Assembly: GCA_964057225.1 (NCBI GenBank)
Contig: OZ059900.1
Span: forward strand, 6,200,001-6,264,000
Length of the DNA: 64,000 nucleotides
Reading direction: 5' to 3'
Origin: Auanema rhodensis
Taxonomy: Eukaryota; Animalia; Nematoda
The translations under genes and the position numbers were made by a program. Positions 27,592-39,902 of the stretch are shown piece by piece; the stretch's first letter is position 1, and every line of letters begins with the position of its first letter. The notes below the pieces were generated by a model. The model worked only from the letters and a program-made list of their open reading frames with translations, was not told the DNA's origin and searched no databases.

Positions 27592-30377
27592 TTACAAGAA
27601 TTTTTTTACATCAACTTCTGGATCCTTGGTATCTTCAAATTTGAATTCACGGAAGAAAGAATAAACGCTACTTGTCAATTTTTGTTTTTGATGAAAAATT
27701 TTAATCAAATGTTGGACTGCGCTAAAATGTTTATTATTCTATTTTATATTTCTTCTAATTCAAAATACCTTCGAATTGTGATAGTGACGTATTTCGTTCC
27801 GGTTTCTTTACCCAAGTGTGGCTCTAGTTTCACGGTGCAGAATGTTCTTTTAAAGAAATGAAGTGAACGAATTTTTCTTTTACATAGTTGCACATTAATA
27901 AGTTCGTGAAACTTTTTCAAGCAAAATACCTATGAGATAAGAAATATAGTGAAAAAATATTTTTCTACTTACAATAGCTCGTGTTTGACTGTGTTCCACA
28001 GCTTCATTAAAGAGAGCACTTCTTACATATACAAGCCGATTTGAATTGTGGAATGTAACAGTATTTTCAGCACGATTATATAGCAGTTTAATATCAATCA
28101 CAGGCTCCGAGCTAGATAGCGCAAGGCTTTAAACTAGTTTACATTATTAGAACTTACGAATCGGGAAGCGAAACTTGTATTGTTTCGCATGCAGAAGTCA
28201 ATTCTTTTGGGTTTATAGTGGTTCCAGCTACCTGCAACAACGAGCTTCATAAAATAAATTAAATTAATATGATTAAACTAACACTGAATTTTTGCATCAC
28301 CTCTAAGCCTTTACATGTGGTAATTTTACCCCAAACGGGATCTGAAAAGAGATTTGTTTACTTAAATTTTGTGAAAATGATGAGGTTTACCAAATCTTGT
28401 ACCACATCGAATATACGTCTGATTTCGAGAAGTACGCATTAAAATGGCTTGTTCGTAATATTGGCGGTATACCTTAGCGCGACCAAGAGGGAAAACAACA
28501 AGAGGATACTCTGTACTTCTCAGACAATGCAGAGAAAAGAAAGCTTCAAGTCCTTGATCTTTGATTAGTTCAACAATTTGCATGAAGTTCAAATAGCATA
28601 CACTCAACACTCTTATTGTAAACCATGTGTCTGAAATAATTTGATGACAAACCAACTTTGAGCTGCTAAGATTACGCTGAGAGTGGAACAGACAACGTGA
28701 ACTTCTTCTTCGAAAATTGCTAACTATATGTTTACATTTTATAAGCATCGACTCAAAACTTTCCAATATAGATTGGAAATCGCAAAGTTCGTATATATAT
28801 TCGAGAGTCATGTTCAAACTGTCTTCACGCAAACCGTCGTTTATTTGGCTCATGCACTTGATTATATTGTATAATGCATCAAAAATTGTATTCATATGCT
28901 GACAATGCGAACCTTAATATAATTCATAAATAATACTTACTTTCATCAGCCGATCAAATAGTTAAAACGAAACTCACAACCGCAGATAGTAATGCGGTAC
29001 ATAAGACGAGCCATTAGAGGTGGATCAAAAACCAAAAATTGTTTGTTCTTTTTCTCGACTTTTTTATTAAAATCATCTAAAAGTTTATGTACTAATAGAG
29101 TTCGAGTGCAATATTCTTCTTGTTCAATAAAAAAGTCATCTATAACAGAAACAATGTTACTGATTGAAGTGGTTCATAATGGTTACCATCAGGATGACTA
29201 TCTGGTACTGTAATTCCTGGATCCTCTCCATGATTTAGTTGATAAGCAGTTTGAATACAAGCACGATGAAGTTTATTTGGATGCGAAACATTAAGAATCT
29301 CCCTCGCAATAGTGTTGCATAACTCCTCAGAGGGCGGGTACTGAGGAGCCAAAGCTGCACATAAAAGTTCCTGTTCGGTGTACTTAGAATTCGATTTGGG
29401 TAAAAGACATTGCTCAACAGGATGAGTCGTTTCCACAATTATATCTTTGTTGTTAAGAACTTGTTGGTCTACATTAAGATCAACGGGTTTGCTACATGTA
29501 ACAACATCAGCTGTCAACTGTTCATTCCCGCTCACAGGACTACCTGGTAACTGCTCACTATTACTAACACAATCAGCTGCCAATTGCTTATTAGCGCTCA
29601 TTGGACTGACTGGTAATTCTTCATTACCACAAACGGCTGCCGTTGTTAATTCATTAACTGCTTGCACTGCGATCGTATCATCCATTAAAGTTGGTAGCTC
29701 ATCGATTGAATAAGTTTCCTCTTCCATATTATCATTCACCAAAACTTGTTGCTCTTCACTATGATCAATTGGCTCATCACGAACAGGATTAGTATTTGAT
29801 GTATTAGATATACATCCAACTAGCGAAGATGGTTGCTGTTCTAAGGAAAAAAATTCATTTACTGGTGTAGTGCTATTTGGAGAACTCAATTGCAACTCAT
29901 TAACACTGATAGGCTCAGTTGCAGCGAAAATTGCTGGTTGTTGAAACGGAACAATATTATTATTTTCTAAGCTTGCTGATTCTATATTAGACGCTGGATC
30001 ATTCATGTCAAAATAAAAAAATTCACTCATAAAATTCCTGAGTAATGGAGTTTGCATTAGAGGTAGCGTTGCTGTAGGCTCTATAAGGTATATTACAACT
30101 TCGCTCTGCTCTATGCTCTCAGTTACTCACCCTGCTGAAAAGAAGGCTCATCTATGTTCATTGCTTCTCCTTGTTCGTTTGCCTCAGAACGTTTCTTTCT
30201 TTCGTTTTCCTCTCCTAAATTCATAAGAGCAGTCTTCAACTGTATAATTCAAGTAGGTTTCTCACTTTCTTTACGTTCTAATGCCTCAAGCTGTGCTATT
30301 AATAGAGTTTCTAAATCTTCATGCCCGAGAAGGTGGAAACCGACTTTATCTGCAGGAGGTTGCCCGTCAGATTCCAT
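27592..30377 (-). CDS. Uncharacterised 778-aa protein, 10 exons: acidic low-complexity N-half with 11-aa repeats, C-terminal divergent SMAD MH2-like domain
   Basis: Exons 30377-30266, 30214-30131, 30080-29187, 29139-28978, 28912-28391, 28341-28283, 28231-28158, 28111-27973, 27929-27769, 27721-27592. All GT-AG, phases close, 2337 nt open frame MESDGQPPADK...EVDVKKFL*. Joins track ORFs 30249-30548, 29140-30057, 28362-28895 and 27895-28101. The gene model is well supported; the MH2 call is a by-eye alignment. Confidence 0.8.
29497..29661 (-). repeat. Coding tandem repeat, 5 x 33 bp (11 aa)
   Basis: AVNELTTAAVC / GNEELPVSPMS / ANKQLAADCVS / NSEQLPGSPVS / GNEQLTADVVT; 165 bp = 5 x 33; alternate units are more alike (66-bp higher order). 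Confidence 0.75.
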
Positions 30378-33138
30378 CTCAATTCCCAAATTTCTAGAAC
30401 AATATTCAAGCTTATAGTAAACATCAAATGATATCAAGAAGCTTAAAACAATCAATTTTAATGACAAAAATGAAAGAAAAAAATCGATGCTTAAACAATA
30501 ACAAAATATTGTAAGACTCGTTTGTAATGGTCGAACATAAAAAACCATCTAGTGTTCAAATATAACAGAAATATAACGCAAATCAAATGCGAACGCTTCT
30601 CTCATGACTAAAACAGTGTTCGCTACGTCTGATATGACTAAATGATTACGTGGCACACCAATCCAGACAGTATTCGGTTAAATGATAATTATTTATTTAT
30701 AATGAATGACCGATGAAACAAATAAGGTAGAAGCTTGTCAATATTTCATGTTTAACAGTTCTTCCTTAAAGATTGTTCAAAAGTGAAAATATTTTTAATG
30801 AGAAACAACGAGATGGAAGTATTTGAAGTAATCTTTCTCACTTTTCAAGGATATGTTTCTTTAAAATTCAAAAGCCATATGCGAAAAAATTAGAAAACAT
30901 GATGTAGATAAAGATAGAACAGAGCAATTCACTCATACTAGTGAGCACTGGTATACTGGTAGGAACATCTAGTTCGCTCTGTCAATTAACAGATAATTTT
31001 CGTCGATAGGGAGGCATATCTTTTGAATAATGAAAATCATGAAATGAGGTAAGGGATACATTAATAAAAAGAATTTTCGGGGAGAATGAATGCATAATCA
31101 CTTTATATTAAGTTGAAAAAAAGTTTATCATGACTGAGTATATGAATGACAAAAAAGTCTAAATAGTTGGTTGCTATGAAGTTGTTGCTAAGGATGAATA
31201 TACTAGCATCATATCCTTTTTCCGAGTTTTAATGAGTTGAGAAGTAAATATAACATCAGGAATATAGAATAAAGGGCTTATTGAACAAAGTTCTAATTCC
31301 AAAATAAAAAGTCTAATTAAAATGAATGAATGATGGTTTTAGATAAAAATAGGTTTTATTCATAATGTTGGAGATTAGATTAAGTTTTAAATATTTGATA
31401 GGAATAGTTCGACCGTTTAGTGCGAATGATCGAAATACAATGACTATAGAAGAACATGTGGAGAAACAGTAGAATGGATAGCTATTCAAACTTCAAATTC
31501 TATTGTATCATGAACGTCGAAAAAAAAAGCACTTTGTTTTTGTCGTGGTTCTTGGTAAAACATTTAAATTTTTTGATTTCTAAATGGTTTTCTTATTGCT
31601 CGAAATAGTGACAACGTAGCTGTATGCTATTGTTTGATTCTCAAAAATAACAGTTAAGTCTGAACTAAGATTCAAATAATTAAACTCACGTATCACCAAT
31701 ATCAATCTGGTAGCTGATTCGGAAACTGATACTTACATATGGTTGTGCTTACAAGACATTTATTTAAATGAATTGCTATTGAAGAAACAATCTGCCGTTC
31801 ATATGAGATTATGAATGATCTTGAAAGATTATTTTCAAAAGGTAGTAAAGCCAATAGTCTGATAACCACTAGCTATGAGGTTGATAAAAAGAAATGAGAA
31901 AGAATCTGTTTTATAATCCTATTTGTTTAGGCTCCTCCCCTTCACAAGATATCAATATTAATTTTTTTTGGAGTTAAACTCGAAAAGTATAGCATTACTT
32001 CTCAACTAACGACAACAAAAAAGTATTTTAAGTTTAAAAAATTCTGAAATATGAACAATAAGAAAAATCGAGACTAAGGTGGTTAATGTATATAAAATTG
32101 TCATGAATAGCTATACTGATATATATAGTTAATAGTTGAAAATAAGATAATCAATTAACAAAATTTACCTGCTAATCGACAATTAATACAATTAAATACT
32201 TAATAAAAAAGAAATAAATCTTACTCTATTTTGTTCAATTTTAGCTAGCATTAGCATGCAGCTGTCACCTATATTCAATCCTCTCGTCTGCATAATTGAA
32301 AAATCTCCAAATCGAACAAACGTTTAAAACGTTTATTTAACTGTTTAATTAACACAATTATTCTAATAAATATATATATTCTTCTAGAATTTACTTTTCC
32401 AGAAATATATATACTAATAATTAACCCCCTTAAAGCCACTTCTCTTATTCTAGCCTCCCAATCCTTGAACAAATGAAAATGTTCGTACAGTGACTCCAAC
32501 TTCCTAGCTATTTTTGTCTCACACCCTAGCATTTTTTTTGACATAGTCATAACCTTCTTGACTACCTCTGTTTAAATGGTAGCATTTGCCAACTATATGC
32601 CGACATATCCACGCTCTCTCAATATCACAGCTCCAACTTTCTTTTTTTTAAACCTATCATATTAATCATAGTTTATTAAGGAAAGCTTGCTTACTATTTG
32701 CTCTTTCTAATTACTTTTTACATAAAGGTAACTGTGGCAAACTTAATCAAAGAATCTTTGCTTGGCATTTTTGTTTTCATAATCGACCTATATCGAAAAA
32801 TGCCATGTGTATATTCAGTCCAAAGAAAGAATGATAAAGGTAAAGTTGAACGAAAATTCTATAACAGATAAGTCGAGTAAAAAAAGTTTTTCAGCTATAT
32901 TTCGGAAAAAATAGAACGGAATTATCGGTGAAAGTATGTAATTTGGAAGTATTTCATTCACTTCAATTGAATTAAATGACTATACTTGTCTACAGAGTAA
33001 GTTAAAGTGTCAAAAGAAAAGTTCTATCCTACGTTGGCATTTATACTTTTCTCTTTTGCTTATCTATTATTTAAGATGTTCAGAAAAAAAAGTTTCTCGA
33101 TCAATCTTTTACAACTTTTTTTGGATTTCACATTTAGA

Positions 33139-33402
33139 ATGAGTTTTTGGATGAGAGCCAAAATCAGATAGGATTCAATAGAATTTGTTTATTTCTGATT
33201 GACTGATAACTTGAGGTACAAAGACAGTTATCCAACAAAAGTCAGATTACTTGATAAATGAGTATTTGCTCCTAAAAAGCTGTCTATTGAAAATTTTATT
33301 TAGTCAAACAGCTGAAACATGGGAAAAAAAGAGGAAAGATTTCAAAAAGTTCGTATAACCTATCTTTTTTTATTTCCTAAACAAAGAATTTCCATAGCAA
33401 CT

Positions 33403-33441
<39 letters not shown>

Positions 33442-33520
33442 GAATTAGTAAACACAGCTTATGTAGACTTTAATCAGTTTCTATTATAATACTAAATATG
33501 TCTCTCATCCAAAAATTCAT
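33139..33520. mobile_element. Possible MITE relic (degenerate terminal inverted repeats)
   Basis: 33139-33157 ATGAGTTTTTGGATGAGAG matches the reverse complement of 33502-33520 CTCTCATCCAAAAATTCAT at 18/19, with weaker similarity about 25 nt further inward; no ORF; no clear target-site duplication. Confidence 0.3.
33406..33439. repeat. (AT)17 microsatellite
   Basis: Perfect 34-bp dinucleotide run. Confidence 0.95.
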
Positions 33521-36312
33521 GACGTTTCAATGAGTTGTACTCAACGTTTAGTGATGATATTTAATGAAAACTGCTCAAAAAATTATATTTTCCGTTTTCA
33601 TGACCAGCTCTTTCAACCAAATACTGATGCTACATTGAAAAAAGAAGTCAAAATTACTAAACGTACGCGTTAATGCCAGATGAGGTTAGATGCTGCTGTA
33701 CAGAATAAAGTCAGAAATCTGTGATTGGAACAAATACTGCCAGAAAGAAAATTTATTAGGGTAGTTCATTTTCACAATTAAAATTCTTGGAAAATAAATA
33801 TGAATTTGAATAGTTGTCTTGATTTCTTTTGTGTTGAAAGTTAATTAAAACAAAAAAGTTTATTCAATGCATCACTAACTAAATTGCTCTCATACTTACA
33901 CATGTGCATCTTGAATATTCTTAAATATAGTGGTTATTCATGATTTTGCTCTTTTCTAACAAACTTTTTTTCTACATATTTTACACGAATGAATAATTAT
34001 CTCCAATTATAACTGGGAAATTTCACTAATTTGATTTTTCCTTCAAGATATGAATGACTATTTTCAATTTTAGACTTCATTCACTAGTAGCGAACTTGAA
34101 AGAGGTTTATCATCATTCTTTCGCGTTCTCTGAGTTCCTTGTACAATATATAAAATAAAACTAAGATTTGAATTATTAAATAAATATATTCAAATATATC
34201 ATATACCACATGTTTTTTTTGGAAATTTCTCTTCCAGGCACGCTTTTGCAAACAAAAATATTTATCTGAAGAGCTATAAATAGCCACTCATATAAATAAA
34301 ATTAATTGGTAAAAATCACAGGAACGGTATTTGTTTCCCAATTTGACTGATAAAAATTGCCATTACACATATATTTTTATATCTTCGTTTAGAAAACAAC
34401 ACGTTAATTGCAACACTACAGTTGATATATGATTTCAAAACAGCATATCCGTTTTTTGTATGAAAATATGATTTTTATTTCAATTTCATTCAAAAACAAT
34501 GATAATAACCAAAACGGTTTTCAGTTCAGAACAGCTGTCTAGTACCGTATACTTGACTACAAGCATAAAATACATTCGAAATACAGTTTTTAGGTTTGCA
34601 AAAAACGATATTTGCAAGTAAAAATAAGGTGTTATCCCCCGAAATCTATTTATTATTAGAACGAATATACTTTGTTTTACTTGAGAGCATATATCACTCG
34701 AACTAACATGAAGGACGGATCATCCTTGGAGCTTCAAACAATTGGAAAATGCATATTAAATGCTTATACTTAAGTCTTCATCGAGCTCTATTTGTATCTT
34801 ATGAGATTATATCTTTAATGCGTAATACAAACATAAATCTGTATTTCATTCAATTTGCCAAACTAATCAGCTATCATCTCAACTAAATCTAGTTGATTAT
34901 TAAATAAAAAAAAGGATATAGCAGCAATCATAAATATACGTATTTGTATATATATATATATATATATAAGAAGTTACATGATAAAATATATAATAATGAA
35001 CAACATATGTAGATATATATAGATAAAGACAAGTATAGATATATGTATAGATAGATGGATGTATATATAGTTTACAACTGAATATTGGACGTATTTTAAT
35101 GATTTTTTTGGCATATATATTATCACATTAGCTATTATTTTAATAGTAGTGATGAACAATGATGAATAAAATAAAATCTCTATGAAAAAAAACACTGTTT
35201 TACTACTATTTAGATTTTTTTTATTAGTCACATATAAAATCTACGCGCTCGTAGCTATAACAATTGTATTTTGATCAATTTGTTAATTATGTGATGATCA
35301 ATTTTATATTATTATATTAGATTATCTTAATTATTTGTAGATTCTCAATTCGGTATATATATACATTTATATTTTACATTTTACTTACTTTTTCTACTTA
35401 CTTGTTAAAGGTTTGTTAATTTTTTTTTTCTGAAAATACTTGATATATACTATAAAATGTAAAAAAAAGCATTTTTTATATCTTTTATAATAACTGAAGA
35501 ACTAAAATCATTACATGCTAAATATTATAAATTATTGGATGCATCATAAATAATATAAATAATCATAATCCCAGTAGAGAAAAAGGGATTTTTTTCTTCT
35601 CACTCTTCTCTCACTCTTCTTCTCCTTATAGACTATCATTGGGTCCATCTGAGAAATCATATTGAACTTAATATCAACGCATTTTGATGATAAAACTGTT
35701 TTATAACCACGCTGTTTGCTTAAGATTTTGCATCAATATCAATCTTTTTTTCTCCTTTTTTTTCACGTTTGAGTATATCTTGATGTTATATCCACTTAAA
35801 GTCATCAACAAATGAAATTATGCAAAACAAAAGAATAATTGCTTAGTGCTAAGTGCATCTAATACATGGAAGATGAGCAGACACTTCTTTTTCTTAAAGT
35901 GTCTAGCAAATAAAGCTCAATCGCTCGATCAATGCTATTTCGGCTGCTTGCTCACATCATCATCTACCTTCTATCGTCACTATTCTATCGTGTCTTGCTA
36001 TTAAGCATGTATAGATAGTTTTTAGAAAATTTTCTTCAAAAAAATTAGTATTTAATCAAATTAATCAAAGTTAGAATAACTTCCTTGTCTTAACTTTTTT
36101 TTTCTAACGTGTTCATATATCATTAATAGTCTACTAATTGTTTTGCCACAGTATACTAAACTTATACTATACAAGTTCAAAAATTAATTGAATTAGAAAT
36201 TATTTTATGAGATTTCAGCTTCTGTGTTTTGATCCAAAAAATGTGAGTTTTATGTACTCGTAGGCAAAATTCTTTTTATCTTCAGGCACCTGCTGATGTG
36301 CCACACATCTCT

Positions 36313-36370
36313 CCGTGTCAAATCAAAGCTATGTTTGATTTCTACTCATATTGCACATTATTTGACACGG
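36313..36370 (+). ncRNA. Candidate pre-miRNA-like hairpin (3' arm begins TATTGCAC, miR-92/miR-235 seed)
   Basis: Perfect 11-bp stem CCGTGTCAAAT/ATTTGACACGG, 58-nt span; 22-mer 36349-36370 TATTGCACATTATTTGACACGG. The upper stem is poorly paired. Confidence 0.25.
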
Positions 36371-37894
36371 TTCACAAAAAAAACTGAAGACTACTCACTT
36401 ATTCTCGGTTCCTTCCTATAAGCACACACGCATCTGATATATGATGCTAACCTCGTAGCTAAACATTCCAGACATTGATCAGGCTCATCTTTCTCTTCAA
36501 ACTGAAAAGTTAAATTTGTATATTTTTGTGAGCAAGAAAGAGCATTTAAACGACTCGTAAATGAAAGCCAAAATAAAACTAAGCACTTAGCAATCTTCAT
36601 TATCCATTTACTTAAAACAGCACTAAGAAATGCTATTTAATTGCTGAAAAAGGGCTGCAAATTGAAAGAAGTGCTTTATGAAAAGAATACCCTCAATAGT
36701 GTTCTTACACCTTTTTTTTAATTCTAGTCAAATGGAAATATTATTATTAATGAGATGTTTTGCTTTTTCTCGCTAGATACAGTCTTTTTTACCGTCATAC
36801 ATGCTCTAAACATTAACATTTCGAACTTTTTTCTTCTTTGCAATGTAAAATAGATGATAACTTTAACAGTTTTTTTTGTTTTAACGGATTTCAGTCAAAG
36901 TAGTGACTTTTCATTCTTTTTTGTGTTTGCTTTAAACACTTATACCTTTTTTATACTTTGATTACCAAAATAAAGTCGATACATTTTCCTTACATGCAGC
37001 AAATATGTTGAATATTTGGTAGATAGATTGCGATCGTCGACGAGAGGACAGAGATGGCAAATAAAACCTGTTTTCTCCCGTTCTCTTACACGTTTTACAC
37101 AGCATCTCGTAGTTCGATTAAACATTTTTGTGTGTTACTTGCCAATTCGACTTTAATGCTTGTCCGTATTTTCTTATGCGTAATCATTCAAGCAGTAGTT
37201 CTCAAATACTTTTTTTTGACCTTGTTTCTTTGAAATATCTGTCAACAATACATATCTTTAATGTTCAATTTGTCCGCATTTTCAACGTACATAGACAGAT
37301 AGTAATAAAGATGATCAATCCGTTCTTCATTCTCTCTTCATCTCCGTTTATCTTGCTATCGTACAAATTCCTAATTCTTCTACTCATGTCTGTTCAGTTC
37401 TCGTCATTTTGCGTTTATTCGAATCAACATCTCATAAGTCACCGTTCATATAGTATACATAAGATTATGAAATGTTCCAATGATTTATTGATTTCTTCAA
37501 TGTTCTGCCATTTATAGACTGAAATCTAAGTTTTTGTCAGTGTTCTTCGTACTTAATAATTTTGCTCAATTATTTTCAAATTTTTCCACATATTTTCAAA
37601 TTAAATTTAAATTTTTTTTTCATTTTCAATGAGAACATGTTCATATAAACTTTAATTATAAATGTATGCCTTCATATTATTGTGTGTTAGATACAAAATA
37701 CAACATAGTTTATTCCATTAAAATAGAATAATCAATGTATAATAAACCTTTTCCCCGTTATATTTAAACAATTATACTAATTGTTTTATCGTTCATCTGT
37801 GGAAACTTTGTGTTTTTCTTTGAAAAACCACTTTTATTCTTAAAAAAAAAGAAAAAAGACTTTTCAATTTACACATTTTTCAGAGACGGACAAC

Positions 37895-39305
37895 ATGTCT
37901 GGCCTCTGTTTGTTTTGTACCGGAGACAGCTCAGATGAGCATAAACGATCAAAAAAAATTGAAAATCAATTAGAAAAAGATAGAAAGCAGCTGAAGCGTG
38001 AAGTAAGTTACTGCGAATCCTTAATTTGAATAGAAGAAAAACTTTAATTATTAGATACGTATATTACTGTTGGGTACTGGAGAATCTGGTAAAAGTACTC
38101 TGATTAAGCAAATGAATATCATTCATGGCGCCGGAGAATTTACTGCTGATGAAGTTCGATCATATCGACAACAGATTTATCAGGTAACCAAACTACTTAA
38201 TAGATCCCGTAGTAAGTTTGTTTGCACAGAATGTGATATCAGGAATGCGTGTTCTACTTGATGCCAGACGCAAGCTTAACATACCATGGGAAATGGAAGA
38301 GCGTCAAAACAACATCGACCAAATATTAAAGTAGATTAAAAATATGTTTTATAAAAATACTATTTGTTTAAGATTTACAACCGCTGATTTATTGAAAGGA
38401 ATTGATTATACAACGTTTGTGGGCATAGCTCCAATTGTATCAGAAATGTGGAGAGATTCAGCTGTCCGCAAGACATACGATCAGCGCAACTTATTTCAAT
38501 TAGTTAGATAGTAATTATCAGTTAATTGTCATTAAAAAGTTTTTTCAGAGTGACTCTTGTCAATACTTTTTCGAGCATCTTCATCGAATTGCTCAGCCCG
38601 ATTTTTATCCCACAAATAAAGATATTCTATACTGTCGTAAAGCATCACGTGGAATCTCTGAGCACACATTTTTTATAAACCAAATACCATTCCGGTAAGT
38701 TTTTCTTGCACAACATGTTTTTATTTATCTATTCTAATTAAAGATTTATTGATGTTGGTGGTCAGAGATCACAACGACAAAAATGGTTCCAATGCTTTAC
38801 GGATATTACAAGTATACTCTTTCTGGTCGCATCAAATGAATATGATCAAGTAATTAAAATAATCTTTAATCTTTAATTTTATCTATATATTAAGGTTGTT
38901 CTTGAAGACAGACGTACTAATCGGGTAGTAGAATCACGATCAGTTTTTGAAACTATTGTTAATAATAAGGCTTTCTCGAAAGTATCAATTATTTTGTTTA
39001 TGAATAAGAGTGATCTTCTTCACGGTATTACATTGTTTGAATCGTAATCTCATTCAAATATTTCAGAAAAACTTGCCTCATCAGACATTCGACAATATTT
39101 TGCAGATTTTCAAGGAAATCAGACATCACTACGTGATGTACAATATTTTCTTGTTGATAAGTTTGAGAGCTCACGAAAAGACAGGGCTCGTCCATTTTTC
39201 TATCACTTTACAACAGCTGTTGATACCGAGAATATCCGACGAGTATTTAAAGATGTTCGAGAAACTATATTAGAACAAAATTTGCAATCACTAATGATGC
39301 ATTAA
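37895..39305 (+). CDS. gpa-12: Heterotrimeric G protein alpha subunit, G12/13 class, 8 exons, 362 aa
   Basis: Exons 37895-38002, 38055-38183, 38230-38330, 38373-38502, 38549-38694, 38744-38849, 38895-39024, 39067-39305 (introns 42-52 nt, GT-AG). G1 [10 protein letters not shown]2 RKASRG, G3 [17 protein letters not shown]4 NKSD, G5 [16 protein letters not shown]-terminus [27 protein letters not shown] and NLxxLMM are G12/13-type signatures. TTTCAG acceptor 11 nt before ATG; AATAAA at 39377. Confidence 0.95.
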
Positions 39306-39902
39306 CTTTTAAAACTACGTTGCATCTTTTTTCTGTTCATAGTTTTCAGCACTTTTTATACTTTTTTTTTCATATAAATAAATTTATAAATATATTGACA
39401 AATAAATAAGATAATTACAATATTCACCCATTCTTTTATTTTTCAATATGAAATAGTATGGGAATTTGAGATGAAATTCATTCATTCTCATTAAGTTGTG
39501 AATTATTCTCATAAGTAACAATTACTACTTGCTTTACAAACAGTTAAATTTATAAAATACAATATTGTGATCTGCTGCTTATGGAATTAATAAAAACATA
39601 ACAAAAAGATATAAAAATTGGAAAGGTTATAATTATTCAAAAAATACAGAGAATTTAGAATATAATCCTAACAAGATGAAATAAAGTAACATGATGAGAT
39701 AAAACAGAATTATGAGTGAAAAAAAACTGTGAGATAACTAGCAAATGATGATAACTTGATATTTTCTTTGGAGAATGAATTACACATTAGAATTCATTCA
39801 TTTTTCTTCTCTAAAGCAGAATTGGAAAGATATTTTATTTACTAAAACTTATAGGAAATCGTTGAAAACCTAAATCTTACTTACGTTTTATAATATTGAG
39901 AT

